A DNA stretch of 64,000 nt, taken from contig JAEWUV010000007.1 in the NCBI GenBank assembly GCA_023396915.1, positions 18,077-82,076 of the forward strand. The letters are read 5' to 3'. The notes beneath the pieces are model-generated. The model saw only the letters and a program-made list of their open reading frames with translations. It did not search any database and was not told the DNA's origin. Within the stretch, counting starts at the first letter, position 1. Every line of letters begins with the position of its first letter. Position numbers and translations under genes: made by a program. Source of the stretch: Candidatus Parcubacteria bacterium (lineage in GTDB: Bacteria; Patescibacteriota; Microgenomatia; UBA12405). Shown piece after piece: positions 47,640-56,804 of this stretch.

Positions 47640-49079
47640 TTATTTCAACATTTTTATTATTTTTCTTATATGTTCCCTGGCCGTGTTGGTTATCACATTA
47701 TCCAACCAATTTTTACTTACATTCAATTTTTTGCCTAGTAGCACCTCTACCAAATCACCGGTCTCTAATTTATCATCTATTCTCCCCATTTTTCCGTTTA
47801 TTTTTACCCCAACACATCTATCACCAATACCGGTATGGACTTTATAAGCAAAATCCAAAGCTGTTGCCCCTTTGGGTAACTGAATTGTGTCTCCTTTCGG
47901 TGTAAATACATAAATATAATTCGTTAATACTTTAATTCTATAATTATTTATATTATTGTCTCCCTTTTGCCAATTAACTAAATCTTTAACCCACTCCATT
48001 CCTTTTCCTACTCCACCTTCTTTACCTGTTTTGTAAGCAATATGTGACGCCGGTCCAAATTCATTAAATTCATGCATTTGTTTTGTTTTAATTTGAATTT
48101 CCACAGTTAGACCATCTTTCCAGGCAATTGTTGTTTGAATTGATCTGTATCCATTCGGTTTAGGAGTTGATATATAATCCTCAAACTCTTCAGGTAACGA
48201 TCTGTATTTAGCATGTAGTAGACCCAAAATGGTATAACATTGAACCAGATTGTCAGTTAAAACTCTAATAGCCACTCTATCTTTTACTCGATAACCTTCT
48301 CCTTTTTGTTTTATTTTCGAGTAGGTACTATACAAACTTTTTATTCTGCCTTCAACAATTACATTATTAATATTATTAATTTTAAGAATACTTTCAATTT
48401 CAGTTTTTACTAAATTTAACGCCTTTATTTCATCTTTTTCTTTTTCGGCAAATATTTTTTTAATTTTTTCTGCCTCTTTAGGATAAAGAGTCTGAAAAGC
48501 AATATCCTCCAGACGTTTTTTAAAATAATGTAAACCTACGTATTCAGCCAAAGGTCCATAAATTCTCATAACGTTTTTGGCATATATAATTTGTTTCTTT
48601 TTTGGTAAGTATTGGATTGTTAAGCTGTTATGGAATTTATCAACCAATCTGATAATCAACACCCGTACGTCGTTGACGGAAGAAAAAAAGAACTTTCTAA
48701 AAGCTTCAATACTGGTTTGATTAATCTTAATTCCAGATGTTTTACTTTTAACTTCTGTTAATCCGGAGACTAACAAAGCCACTTCATCACCAAATTCCTT
48801 AGCAATATCATCCAAAGTAATTTTAGTGTCTTCAACGCAGTCGTGTAATAAAGCTGCAATTACAGCTTCTTGTCCAATGTTAAGTTGGGCTACAACTTTG
48901 GCAATCCAAGCCGGATGAGAAATATATGGTTGCCCGGAATAGCGTCTTTGTCCTTGATGAGCTTCCGCCATAAAATCATAAGCTTTTTTTATCAAAGCTT
49001 TATTAAAGTTAGGCGTTTTATCAACTATTGACTCTAGTTCTTGCCAATAATCATCACTAAAAGACAAATCCAAACTCAT
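47640..49079 (-). CDS. rel: bifunctional (p)ppGpp synthetase/hydrolase, short form (HD + synthetase + TGS, no ACT/RRM)
   Basis: HD hydrolase (HPAWIAKVVAQ...LLHDCVEDT), RelA_SpoT synthetase (YRSIQTTI...), and TGS (VFTPKGDTIQLPKGATALDFAYKVHTGIGDRCVGVKING). Confidence 0.85.
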   Translation of the reverse strand: MSLDLSFSDDYWQELESIVDKTPNFNKALIKKAYDFMAEAHQGQRRYSGQPYISHPAWIAKVVAQLNIGQEAVIAALLHDCVEDTKITLDDIAKEFGDEVALLVSGLTEVKSKTSGIKINQTSIEAFRKFFFSSVNDVRVLIIRLVDKFHNSLTIQYLPKKKQIIYAKNVMRIYGPLAEYVGLHYFKKRLEDIAFQTLYPKEAEKIKKIFAEKEKDEIKALNLVKTEIESILKINNINNVIVEGRIKSLYSTYSKIKQKGEGYRVKDRVAIRVLTDNLVQCYTILGLLHAKYRSLPEEFEDYISTPKPNGYRSIQTTIAWKDGLTVEIQIKTKQMHEFNEFGPASHIAYKTGKEGGVGKGMEWVKDLVNWQKGDNNINNYRIKVLTNYIYVFTPKGDTIQLPKGATALDFAYKVHTGIGDRCVGVKINGKMGRIDDKLETGDLVEVLLGKKLNVSKNWLDNVITNTAREHIRKIIKMLK

Positions 49080-49104
49080 GATTAATATTTTAACCTAAAT
49101 CTTT

Positions 49105-49851
49105 CTAAATCTTCTGTGCAAAAATCAATAGTCTTTGCCAGTTCGTTCCTATTGGCCAACAGGTCTGCAATATTACAATTTCTTTATCGGCTTCACTGTA
49201 ACTAAGATAAGCAGTTTCCTTTGCCCCGATTATTTTTTTTGTATATACTTTATATGTAAATATTTTACCCCTATAATTTATTAAAATATCATCATTATTC
49301 TCCAAGTTTCCTAACAAATAAAACACTGGATTATCTCGAGCATCAAGTACTCCTTGCTCACTGGAATGAGCAAATAAAAACATTGACGTTCCATTACCAC
49401 TTCCTGGCAATCCCGTCCCCAAAGCTTGAGCTACCTTATTATTTTTAAGCACCGCCATATATTCTGCTTTTTTACTAGTTGAAACTCCTATTTCTATATT
49501 TGCTTCAGCTCCTATTTTAGGTATCAATATATTAAATTCGTTCGATTCAATTATTGGTTCAGGAGTGGGCTCTGGAATCGTCTCGGTCTGAGGTACGATA
49601 TTCTCACTTTTTATTTCTTCTATTTTAATTGCAATCTTACTTTGGTCTATTAATTTATACTTAATCCAACCCCTAATTATAGGCTCATATATATATAGTA
49701 TAAAAATCAATGAAAATATTACTAAAACCGACCCAAAATAGAAAAAAAATTTTTTCCACCATCGTGGATTACTATAAACCACCCCTTGTTTGCCCTTTAT
49801 CTTCACCCGTCTTCTCTCTGGTGTTATTTTAAAAAAATTATTTAAAATCAT
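49105..49851 (-). CDS. sortase-family transpeptidase
   Basis: N-terminal TM anchor, conserved His (FLFAHSS), TLxTC-type motif ILQTCWP, and a downstream Arg (WQRLL). Confidence 0.65.
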   Translation of the reverse strand: MILNNFFKITPERRRVKIKGKQGVVYSNPRWWKKFFFYFGSVLVIFSLIFILYIYEPIIRGWIKYKLIDQSKIAIKIEEIKSENIVPQTETIPEPTPEPIIESNEFNILIPKIGAEANIEIGVSTSKKAEYMAVLKNNKVAQALGTGLPGSGNGTSMFLFAHSSEQGVLDARDNPVFYLLGNLENNDDILINYRGKIFTYKVYTKKIIGAKETAYLSYSEADKEIVILQTCWPIGTNWQRLLIFAQKI

Positions 49852-49877
49852 CTCTTAATTAAATCACTAATTTGCAT

Positions 49878-49963
49878 TTGACAAAAGCTTTTCTTTCCCT
49901 TAACATACTCACTAATATCTGCAGCTCCCAAGCAGATTTTAATAAAAATTTGGGAGTTTTTTT
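49878..49963 (+). promoter_or_regulatory. candidate greA promoter (-35 TTGACA 49878-83, 17 nt, -10 TAACAT 49901-06), then a leader hairpin (CTCCCAA 49925-31 / TTGGGAG 49950-56 with an inner AT stem) and U7 (49957-63)
   Basis: Seen directly. The U-tract ends 11 nt before the greA ATG, so this looks like a terminator-like leader structure (attenuator). Confidence 0.3.
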
Positions 49964-49973
49964 ATAAAACAAA

Positions 49974-50432
49974 ATGAATTCAAAAAACCTATTAACCAAA
50001 GATGGGGCTAAAAGTTTAAAGGATCAGTTAGAAGAACTTAAACGTAAACAGGAACATTTGATTAACCAGATTGAAGAATCCGCTCAACCTGACGAATCAG
50101 GAGAGGATGGGTTAGCCGCGCAATTAAAAGAAGAGTTAGAAGTGACTAATAATAAAATTGATGAAATTGAAGAGACCTTGAATTCCAGTGAAATTATCAG
50201 TGACAAAAAAATTTTTAAATCTATTCAAGTAGGTTGTAAGGTTAAAGTAAAAATTGCTAATAACACCAGGGAATTTTTTATCGTTAATCAACTTGAATCA
50301 GATCCGATGGCTAATAAAATTTCTGATCAATCACCGTTAGGCCAGGCTTTAGTCGGTAAAAAAGTTAATGATCAAATAGAAGTTAACGCTCCTGCCGGTA
50401 AAACTATATACAAGATAATTTCAATCAACTAA
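49974..50432 (+). CDS. greA: transcription elongation factor GreA
   Basis: N-terminal coiled coil and a C-terminal FKBP-like domain (SDQSPLGQALVGKKVNDQIEVNAPAG). Confidence 0.85.
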   Translation: MNSKNLLTKDGAKSLKDQLEELKRKQEHLINQIEESAQPDESGEDGLAAQLKEELEVTNNKIDEIEETLNSSEIISDKKIFKSIQVGCKVKVKIANNTREFFIVNQLESDPMANKISDQSPLGQALVGKKVNDQIEVNAPAGKTIYKIISIN

Positions 50433-50466
50433 AACAAATCAGCAAACAGGTATAGTAAAATAGCAC

Positions 50467-51990
50467 ATGGCAGCTATAGACGAAATCAGAAATATCCGTC
50501 TTGAGAAAATAAAAAATCTCAGAAAGATGGGAATTAATCCTTATCCGGCAGAAAGTACTAAAGACGTTTCCAATGCTGACGTGGTTTCAAATTATGATAA
50601 TTATGAAAATAAAAAAGTTAACCTTACTGGCCGTATAATTTCGTGGCGTGGTCATGGGGCTTTACTTTTTTGCCATATCCAAGATCAGAGCGGAAAAATT
50701 CAAATCTTAGTTAAAAAAGACGAACTTTTGGACACTGATATAAAAAAACAAATTCTTGGATTTAATGATTTAAAACTTATCGATACGGGTGATTTTATCC
50801 AAGTTTTAGGTGTCGTCGGAAAGTCGATACGTGGTGAAATTTCGATTTTTGCCAAAGAAATTAAATTACTTTCAAAATCAATCAGAACTTTACCTGAAAA
50901 ATGGAAAGGGCTTCAAGATCCAGAATTAATTTTCCGCCACCGATATTTGGATTTAGTTATGAATCCGGAAAGAAAAGATTTATTTATTAGAAAGTCAAAA
51001 TTTTGGGAATTGAACAGAAAGTTTTTACAGGATAATGGTTTTATTGAAGTTGAAACTCCAGTTATGGAATTGGTTACCGGTGGTGCTGATGCCAAACCTT
51101 TTATTACTCATCACAATGCTTTAGATCAGGATTTTTATCTCAGAATTAGCACTGAACTTTATCAAAAAAGACTTATTGGTGGTGGTTTTGAAAAAATATT
51201 TACCCTCGGGCCTAATTTCAGAAATGAAGGGATAGACGACGAACATCTCCAAGAGTATTACCAGTGCGAATGGTATTGGGCTTATGCCGATTACACCATG
51301 AACATGGATTTAGTTGAAAAATTATATAAATATATTGCTAAAAATCTTTATGGTAAAACCAAATTTATCAAAGGTGAATATACTTTTGATCTAAGTGGCA
51401 AATGGCCGCGCATTAGTTACGCTGATTTAATTAAAAAACATTTTAATGTTGATATCTTTAATGATTCAGAGGAAACAATTCTAAAAATTTTAAAAGAAAA
51501 GAGGATTGATATTGCTGGTTTAACCAATCGTGCTCGTATTGTTGATAATTTATGGAAACTTGTCAGAAAAACCATCAGCGGTCCGATATTCGTTATAGAT
51601 GAACCTAAATTTACTTCACCTTTGGCAAAATCACGACCTGACAATGAAATGTTAACCGAGCGTTTCCATGTGATTATCGCTGGGTCAGAACTCGGTAATG
51701 GCTACTCTGAATTAAATGATCCCGTCGACCAATTTGAGAGATTCAAAGAGCAACAGGCTAACAGAGAAAAAGGTGATGATGAATCCCAGATGATGGATAT
51801 CGACTTTGTCGAAATGTTGGAATATGGTATGCCACCAACTTCTGGTTGGGGACACAGTGAACGTGTCTTCTGGTTTTTTGAAGATATAACCGCTCGTGAA
51901 GGAACTTTATTTCCACAAATGAGGTATGAAATTTCTTCTGAAACCCGCCGCATCTACAATCTGCCAAAGGTAGAACAAAAGAAAAAATAG
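50467..51990 (+). CDS. lysS: lysyl-tRNA synthetase (class II)
   Basis: OB anticodon-binding N-domain, motif 1 (FRHRYLDL), motif 2 (FRNEG), motif 3 (GGWGHSERVFWF-type region). Confidence 0.9.
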   Translation: MAAIDEIRNIRLEKIKNLRKMGINPYPAESTKDVSNADVVSNYDNYENKKVNLTGRIISWRGHGALLFCHIQDQSGKIQILVKKDELLDTDIKKQILGFNDLKLIDTGDFIQVLGVVGKSIRGEISIFAKEIKLLSKSIRTLPEKWKGLQDPELIFRHRYLDLVMNPERKDLFIRKSKFWELNRKFLQDNGFIEVETPVMELVTGGADAKPFITHHNALDQDFYLRISTELYQKRLIGGGFEKIFTLGPNFRNEGIDDEHLQEYYQCEWYWAYADYTMNMDLVEKLYKYIAKNLYGKTKFIKGEYTFDLSGKWPRISYADLIKKHFNVDIFNDSEETILKILKEKRIDIAGLTNRARIVDNLWKLVRKTISGPIFVIDEPKFTSPLAKSRPDNEMLTERFHVIIAGSELGNGYSELNDPVDQFERFKEQQANREKGDDESQMMDIDFVEMLEYGMPPTSGWGHSERVFWFFEDITAREGTLFPQMRYEISSETRRIYNLPKVEQKKK

Positions 51991-51991
51991 T

Positions 51992-52582
51992 ATGGATAGA
52001 CAACTTTATTTTGCTACTGTCAAAAATTCTTTAGAAACTAATATTTTTTATCATTCTCTAGCTTTGGAAGCTTGTATGGGTGGAATTTATGATTATCTTT
52101 CTCAAAATGGTTTACTCAAAAGTGATGAATTACCAAAAGATGATTGGATGTTGGCTGGTTTAATTCATGATATTGACTATGTTGGCGAATTTAAGGAATT
52201 TCACCCTAATAAAACCAAAGAGGCTTTGGCCAAATTTAATTTAGAAATTCCTAGTGAAATCGACAAAATTGTCAAAGCTCACGCTCCGTCATTAACCGGA
52301 ATCAAAACTGAAACCCAAGCCCAATGGGCCATTTTCTGTGCTGATAGTTTAACCGGTTTAATTGTTGCCGTTGCCTTAATCTACCCGACCAAAAAATTAG
52401 CTGATGTCAAAGTTAGTTCAGTGTTAAAAAGATTTTTAAAAGAACCACGTTTTGCCGCCGGTACTCGCCGTGATGAAGTTAAAATGTGTGAACTCCCAGA
52501 AGGCCTGAATATCCCGCTTGAAAAATTCATCGAAATTTGTCTTACCTCCATGCAATCCATCGCTCCAGAAATTGGATTGTAA
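51992..52582 (+). CDS. HD-superfamily hydrolase, YqeK-like (candidate Ap4A/nucleotide hydrolase)
   Basis: YHSLALEAC ... LAGLIHDIDYV, the H...HD pattern of YqeK-type HD proteins. Its start is 1 nt after the lysS stop. Confidence 0.6.
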   Translation: MDRQLYFATVKNSLETNIFYHSLALEACMGGIYDYLSQNGLLKSDELPKDDWMLAGLIHDIDYVGEFKEFHPNKTKEALAKFNLEIPSEIDKIVKAHAPSLTGIKTETQAQWAIFCADSLTGLIVAVALIYPTKKLADVKVSSVLKRFLKEPRFAAGTRRDEVKMCELPEGLNIPLEKFIEICLTSMQSIAPEIGL

Positions 52583-52640
52583 TTTTGCGTTTAATTTGCG
52601 TCTATCTTAGCCAACATCTTCTGCTAAAATATACTCAATC

Positions 52641-53909
52641 ATGATCGATATCAATTTACTTCGAGAAAATCCTGATACCGTTCGTCAAGCTCTGACTAAT
52701 CGTCAAAAAGATTCTGCTGTCGTTGATGAAATCATTAAAATTGATTCTAGCCGTCGTGAACTTCTTTCCCAAGTTGAAAAACTCCGAGCCGATCAAAATG
52801 CTTTAAGCCGACAATTCAAAGGAAAACCAACTGAAGAACAATTACAACAAGCCAGCAAAATCAAAGAAAGTTTAAAAGCCGAAGAATTAAAACTCAAAGA
52901 TTTAGAAGATAAACAAAATTTAATTTTAGAAGAAATTCCTAACATTCCGGCCGATGATGTCCCGGTTGGCAAAGACGACACCGAAAACCAAGTTTACAAA
53001 ACAGTAGGGGAGCCGACCAAATTTGATTTTGAGGCTCTGGATCATGCCGATCTTGGTGAAAAACTTGACATTATTGATATCAAAAAAGCTGCTGAAGTTT
53101 CCGGTTCTCGTTTTGCTTATCTCAAAGGTCAAGGAGCTGTTTTGGAAATGGCCGTCATGTTTTATGCTTTTCAAAAGTTAATTAAAAAAGGTTTTATCGG
53201 TATGATTCCTCCGGCCATGATCAAAGGTAGCAGCGAATGGAAATGTGGCTACGCCAGTAACAAAAATTTATTTAATGCTTATTATTCTTCTGAGCAAGAT
53301 GATTTAGTTTTTATTAGTAGTTCCGAACACGCCGTTGTTCCATATCATATGGATGAGGTTTTAGATTCATCTAAATTACCCCTAAAATACGTAAATTTTT
53401 CACCGTGTTTCCGTCGTGAAGCCGGTACCTATGGCAAAGATATGAAAGGCATGCTTCGGGTTCACTTTTTTAACAAAGTCGAAATGAATATTTTTACTCT
53501 TCCTGACTACAAAATTTCTGATGCTATGTGTTTGGAAATGTTAGCTAACCAGGAAGAAATCATGCAAGATTTTGAAATTCCGTATCAAATAGTCAAATCC
53601 TGTACCGGTGATTTACCTCAACCAAATCGTCGCATGTATGATATCAACGCTTGGTTCCCAGGCCAAAATGCTTATCGAGAAACTCATTCTTGTAGTAACT
53701 GCGATGCCTATCAAGCCCGACGTTTAAATACAAAAGTAAAGATTGATGGTAAAAATGAATTTGTTCATATCTTAAACGCTACCATGATTACCGACCGCGC
53801 CGTTTTGGCTATTATCGAAAATCACCAACAAAAGGATGGTACTGTTACCATCCCTAAAGTTTTACAAAACCTTACTGGTTTTGACACTATCAAGCCTACC
53901 AAAATTTAG
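52641..53909 (+). CDS. serS: seryl-tRNA synthetase
   Basis: N-terminal coiled-coil arm and a class II core (motif 2 FRREAG-type, motif 3 near the C-terminus). Confidence 0.9.
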   Translation: MIDINLLRENPDTVRQALTNRQKDSAVVDEIIKIDSSRRELLSQVEKLRADQNALSRQFKGKPTEEQLQQASKIKESLKAEELKLKDLEDKQNLILEEIPNIPADDVPVGKDDTENQVYKTVGEPTKFDFEALDHADLGEKLDIIDIKKAAEVSGSRFAYLKGQGAVLEMAVMFYAFQKLIKKGFIGMIPPAMIKGSSEWKCGYASNKNLFNAYYSSEQDDLVFISSSEHAVVPYHMDEVLDSSKLPLKYVNFSPCFRREAGTYGKDMKGMLRVHFFNKVEMNIFTLPDYKISDAMCLEMLANQEEIMQDFEIPYQIVKSCTGDLPQPNRRMYDINAWFPGQNAYRETHSCSNCDAYQARRLNTKVKIDGKNEFVHILNATMITDRAVLAIIENHQQKDGTVTIPKVLQNLTGFDTIKPTKI

Positions 53910-53922
53910 AGGAGCCACCCCA

Positions 53923-53958
53923 GTTTGGGTTTTGACCTTTTTGGGTCGAAACCCAAAC
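53923..53958. other. 15-bp near-perfect inverted repeat/hairpin (GTTTGGGTTTTGACC-tttttg-GGTCGAAACCCAAAC) between serS and secA
   Basis: Seen directly. 14 Watson-Crick pairs and one G-U pair. No U-tract follows on either strand. Confidence 0.5.
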
Positions 53959-54021
53959 GAGGTATGTTTAAAAGCCAAATTTTTATAATTTTAACTGACG
54001 TATTACTGCTATAATTACTCT

Positions 54022-56703
54022 ATGTTTCAAGCACTGAAAAATCTTTTTGACGAAAATGCCAAGCGGATTAAATCTTACCAAAAAATAATCGACAAAATTA
54101 ACTCGCTCGAAGATGATATTACCAAACTTAACGACGATGAGTTAGGCCAAAAAACTGACTATTTAAAAAAACAACTCAAAAAAGGTAAAACTTTAGATGA
54201 TATTTTACCCGAAGCCTTTGCTGTTGTTCGTGAAGCCGTGAAAAGAACTATTGGTGAAAGAGCCTACGATGTTCAATTAATGTCTGCTTTAACTCTTCAT
54301 CAGGGGGCCATTGCCGAACAGCGAACTGGAGAGGGTAAAACCCATTCTGTTATTTTTCCAGCTTATCTAAATGCTCTTACTGGTCGGGGAGTTCATATCA
54401 TTACTCCAAATGATTATTTAACCCGTGTCGGTACCGGTTGGTATCCTAAAGCTTTGAATTTACTCGGGATTTCTACTTCTTGTATTATTCACGAGCAATC
54501 ATTTTTACTTGATCCAGAATACACCGATGAAACCGAAAAAGTCGATGATCGCTTAGCTCATTTAAAACCAATCTCTCGTCAGGAAGCTTATTTGGCTGAT
54601 GTTACTTACGGTACCAACAATGAATTTGGTTTTGATTATCTTCGTGACCACATGGCCCAAAACCAAGATCAAGTCGTCCAACGGCCTCATCACTTTGCTA
54701 TCGTTGACGAAGTTGATTTTGTTTTAATTGACGAAGCCAGAACTCCGCTAATTATTTCTTCACCTAACAACCAGCCAACTGACAAATATTATAAATTTGC
54801 CCAAATTGCCGCCGATTTACAACCAACTGATTATGTTATCGATGAAAAAGCCAGATCTGCTACTCTTTCTGAATATGGTATTCGCAAAGTCGAGCGCATT
54901 CTAAACGTTACTAACTTATACGAAGAATCTTTTGAAACAATTCATTACATTGAAAATGCTATCAAAGCCAGAGCTCTGTTTCACAAAGACAAAGATTACG
55001 TTATCAAAGACGGTCAGGTAGTTATTGTTGATGAGTTTACTGGACGTCTTATGGATGGTCGTCGCTGGTCTGATGGTCTTCATCAAGCCGTTGAAGCCAA
55101 AGAAGGGGTTACTGTTCAACGTGAATCTCAAACATGGGCGACTATTACTTTTCAAAATTATTTTAGACTTTACGAAAAACTTGCCGGTATGACTGGTACC
55201 GCCGCTACCGAAGCCGAAGAGTTTAAAAAAATCTATAATCTCGATGTTGTTGTTATCCCCACCAATAAAACAATTCAAAGAACCGATGAACATGATTTAA
55301 TTTTCAAAACTCAACGGGCCAAATATGCTGCTATCGCCAATTTTGTCGAAGACAGGTACAAGGCTGGCCAGCCGGTTTTAATCGGCACCACTTCTATCGA
55401 AAAAAATGAAGTTATTTCTTCACTACTTCGTAAAAAAGGTCTGCCTCATCAGGTTTTAAATGCTAAAAATCATCGATCTGAAGCTGAAATCATTGCTAAA
55501 GCTGGTAAAAAAAGCGGTATTACTGTGGCTACTAATATGGCCGGTCGGGGAGTTGATATTATCCTAGGTGGTCCAAAAGAAAAAGTAGACAAAAAAGTCT
55601 GGCAAAAAGAACATGATGAAGTCATCAAACTTGGCGGTTTGTGTGTTATTGGTACTGAGCGTCACGAATCCCGTCGTATCGATAATCAACTTCGTGGTCG
55701 TGCCGGACGTCAGGGTGATCCGGGTTTTTCTCAGTTTTATATTGCTCTCGATGATGATATCATGCGTATTTTTGGTGGCGAAAAAATCAGTGCTTTGATG
55801 GGACGTTTTAATATGCCTGAAGATACCCCTCTAACTCATCCGTTAGTTTCTCGAGTCATTGAACAAATCCAAGTTAAGGTTGAGGGTTTCCATTTTGATG
55901 CCCGCAAAAGTTTAGTTGAATATGATGATGTCATTAACCGCCAACGTCAAATTGTTTATAAAATCAGAGATGATATTTTGTTAAATCAGAAAAATTCTCC
56001 TGATAAAAATGAAGAGACTATTTTTAAATACTTAACCAATCAAATAAATAATTTGATAAATATCAATACTTCCTACGATACCGGTAAAATAGATATCGAT
56101 AAAGTTCTTTTGGAATTTATGGAAATACTTCCCATGAATTCTGATATTAAAAATAAACTCAAAAAAGATTTAGAAAAATCAGGTAATCCGTCGGAATTTT
56201 TAATTAAAATACTCAAAGATCAGTGGAGCACCCGAGTTAAGATGTTTGGTTCTGACATTGCTAATAGTATTTTGGCCTTTTCCGTCGTTTCCACTTTGGA
56301 TCAACTTTGGGTAGAACATTTAACCACCCTCGATAATCTTCGTGATAGCGTCAGACTCAGAGGTTACGCTCAAAAAGACCCCTTAGTTGAATACCGCAAA
56401 GAAGGTTTCGAGATGTTCCAGAATTTAATGGGACAATTTGAATATAACTTGGCCCGTAAACTTTTCCGACTTGAACCTGTTGCCCCACAAGAAATTACTC
56501 CGCAAAATGTTACTGAAGGTAGGGGAGGCTCCATGGAAAATAAACCTCAAGAGGCTACTGATCAACCTGTTAGTGATAAGCCTGTTGAACTACCGCCTCA
56601 TCAACAACCAATCAAAAAAGACACTCCTCCTGGACGAAACGATCCTTGCCCTTGTGGTTCTGGTAAAAAATATAAAAAATGTTGCTATCCAAAATTTGGA
56701 TAA
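54022..56703 (+). CDS. secA: preprotein translocase ATPase SecA
   Basis: DEAD motor (Walker A GEGKTH), and a C-terminal zinc-binding tail CPCGSGKKYKKCC. Confidence 0.9.
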   Translation: MFQALKNLFDENAKRIKSYQKIIDKINSLEDDITKLNDDELGQKTDYLKKQLKKGKTLDDILPEAFAVVREAVKRTIGERAYDVQLMSALTLHQGAIAEQRTGEGKTHSVIFPAYLNALTGRGVHIITPNDYLTRVGTGWYPKALNLLGISTSCIIHEQSFLLDPEYTDETEKVDDRLAHLKPISRQEAYLADVTYGTNNEFGFDYLRDHMAQNQDQVVQRPHHFAIVDEVDFVLIDEARTPLIISSPNNQPTDKYYKFAQIAADLQPTDYVIDEKARSATLSEYGIRKVERILNVTNLYEESFETIHYIENAIKARALFHKDKDYVIKDGQVVIVDEFTGRLMDGRRWSDGLHQAVEAKEGVTVQRESQTWATITFQNYFRLYEKLAGMTGTAATEAEEFKKIYNLDVVVIPTNKTIQRTDEHDLIFKTQRAKYAAIANFVEDRYKAGQPVLIGTTSIEKNEVISSLLRKKGLPHQVLNAKNHRSEAEIIAKAGKKSGITVATNMAGRGVDIILGGPKEKVDKKVWQKEHDEVIKLGGLCVIGTERHESRRIDNQLRGRAGRQGDPGFSQFYIALDDDIMRIFGGEKISALMGRFNMPEDTPLTHPLVSRVIEQIQVKVEGFHFDARKSLVEYDDVINRQRQIVYKIRDDILLNQKNSPDKNEETIFKYLTNQINNLININTSYDTGKIDIDKVLLEFMEILPMNSDIKNKLKKDLEKSGNPSEFLIKILKDQWSTRVKMFGSDIANSILAFSVVSTLDQLWVEHLTTLDNLRDSVRLRGYAQKDPLVEYRKEGFEMFQNLMGQFEYNLARKLFRLEPVAPQEITPQNVTEGRGGSMENKPQEATDQPVSDKPVELPPHQQPIKKDTPPGRNDPCPCGSGKKYKKCCYPKFG

Positions 56704-56765
56704 TACATATAAGCTACACAAAAAAAATAATTTATCTTTTATTTCCCTTCTGTATCACTTAGTAC

Positions 56766-56771
56766 TATAAT
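56766..56771 (+). promoter_or_regulatory. candidate -10 (TATAAT) for glpX
   Basis: actTATAATg lies 34 nt upstream of the glpX ATG. The -35 is weak (TTCCCT). Confidence 0.25.
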
Positions 56772-56804
56772 GAAGAAGCTCATCTTGTTATTAATTTAAC
56801 TTTT

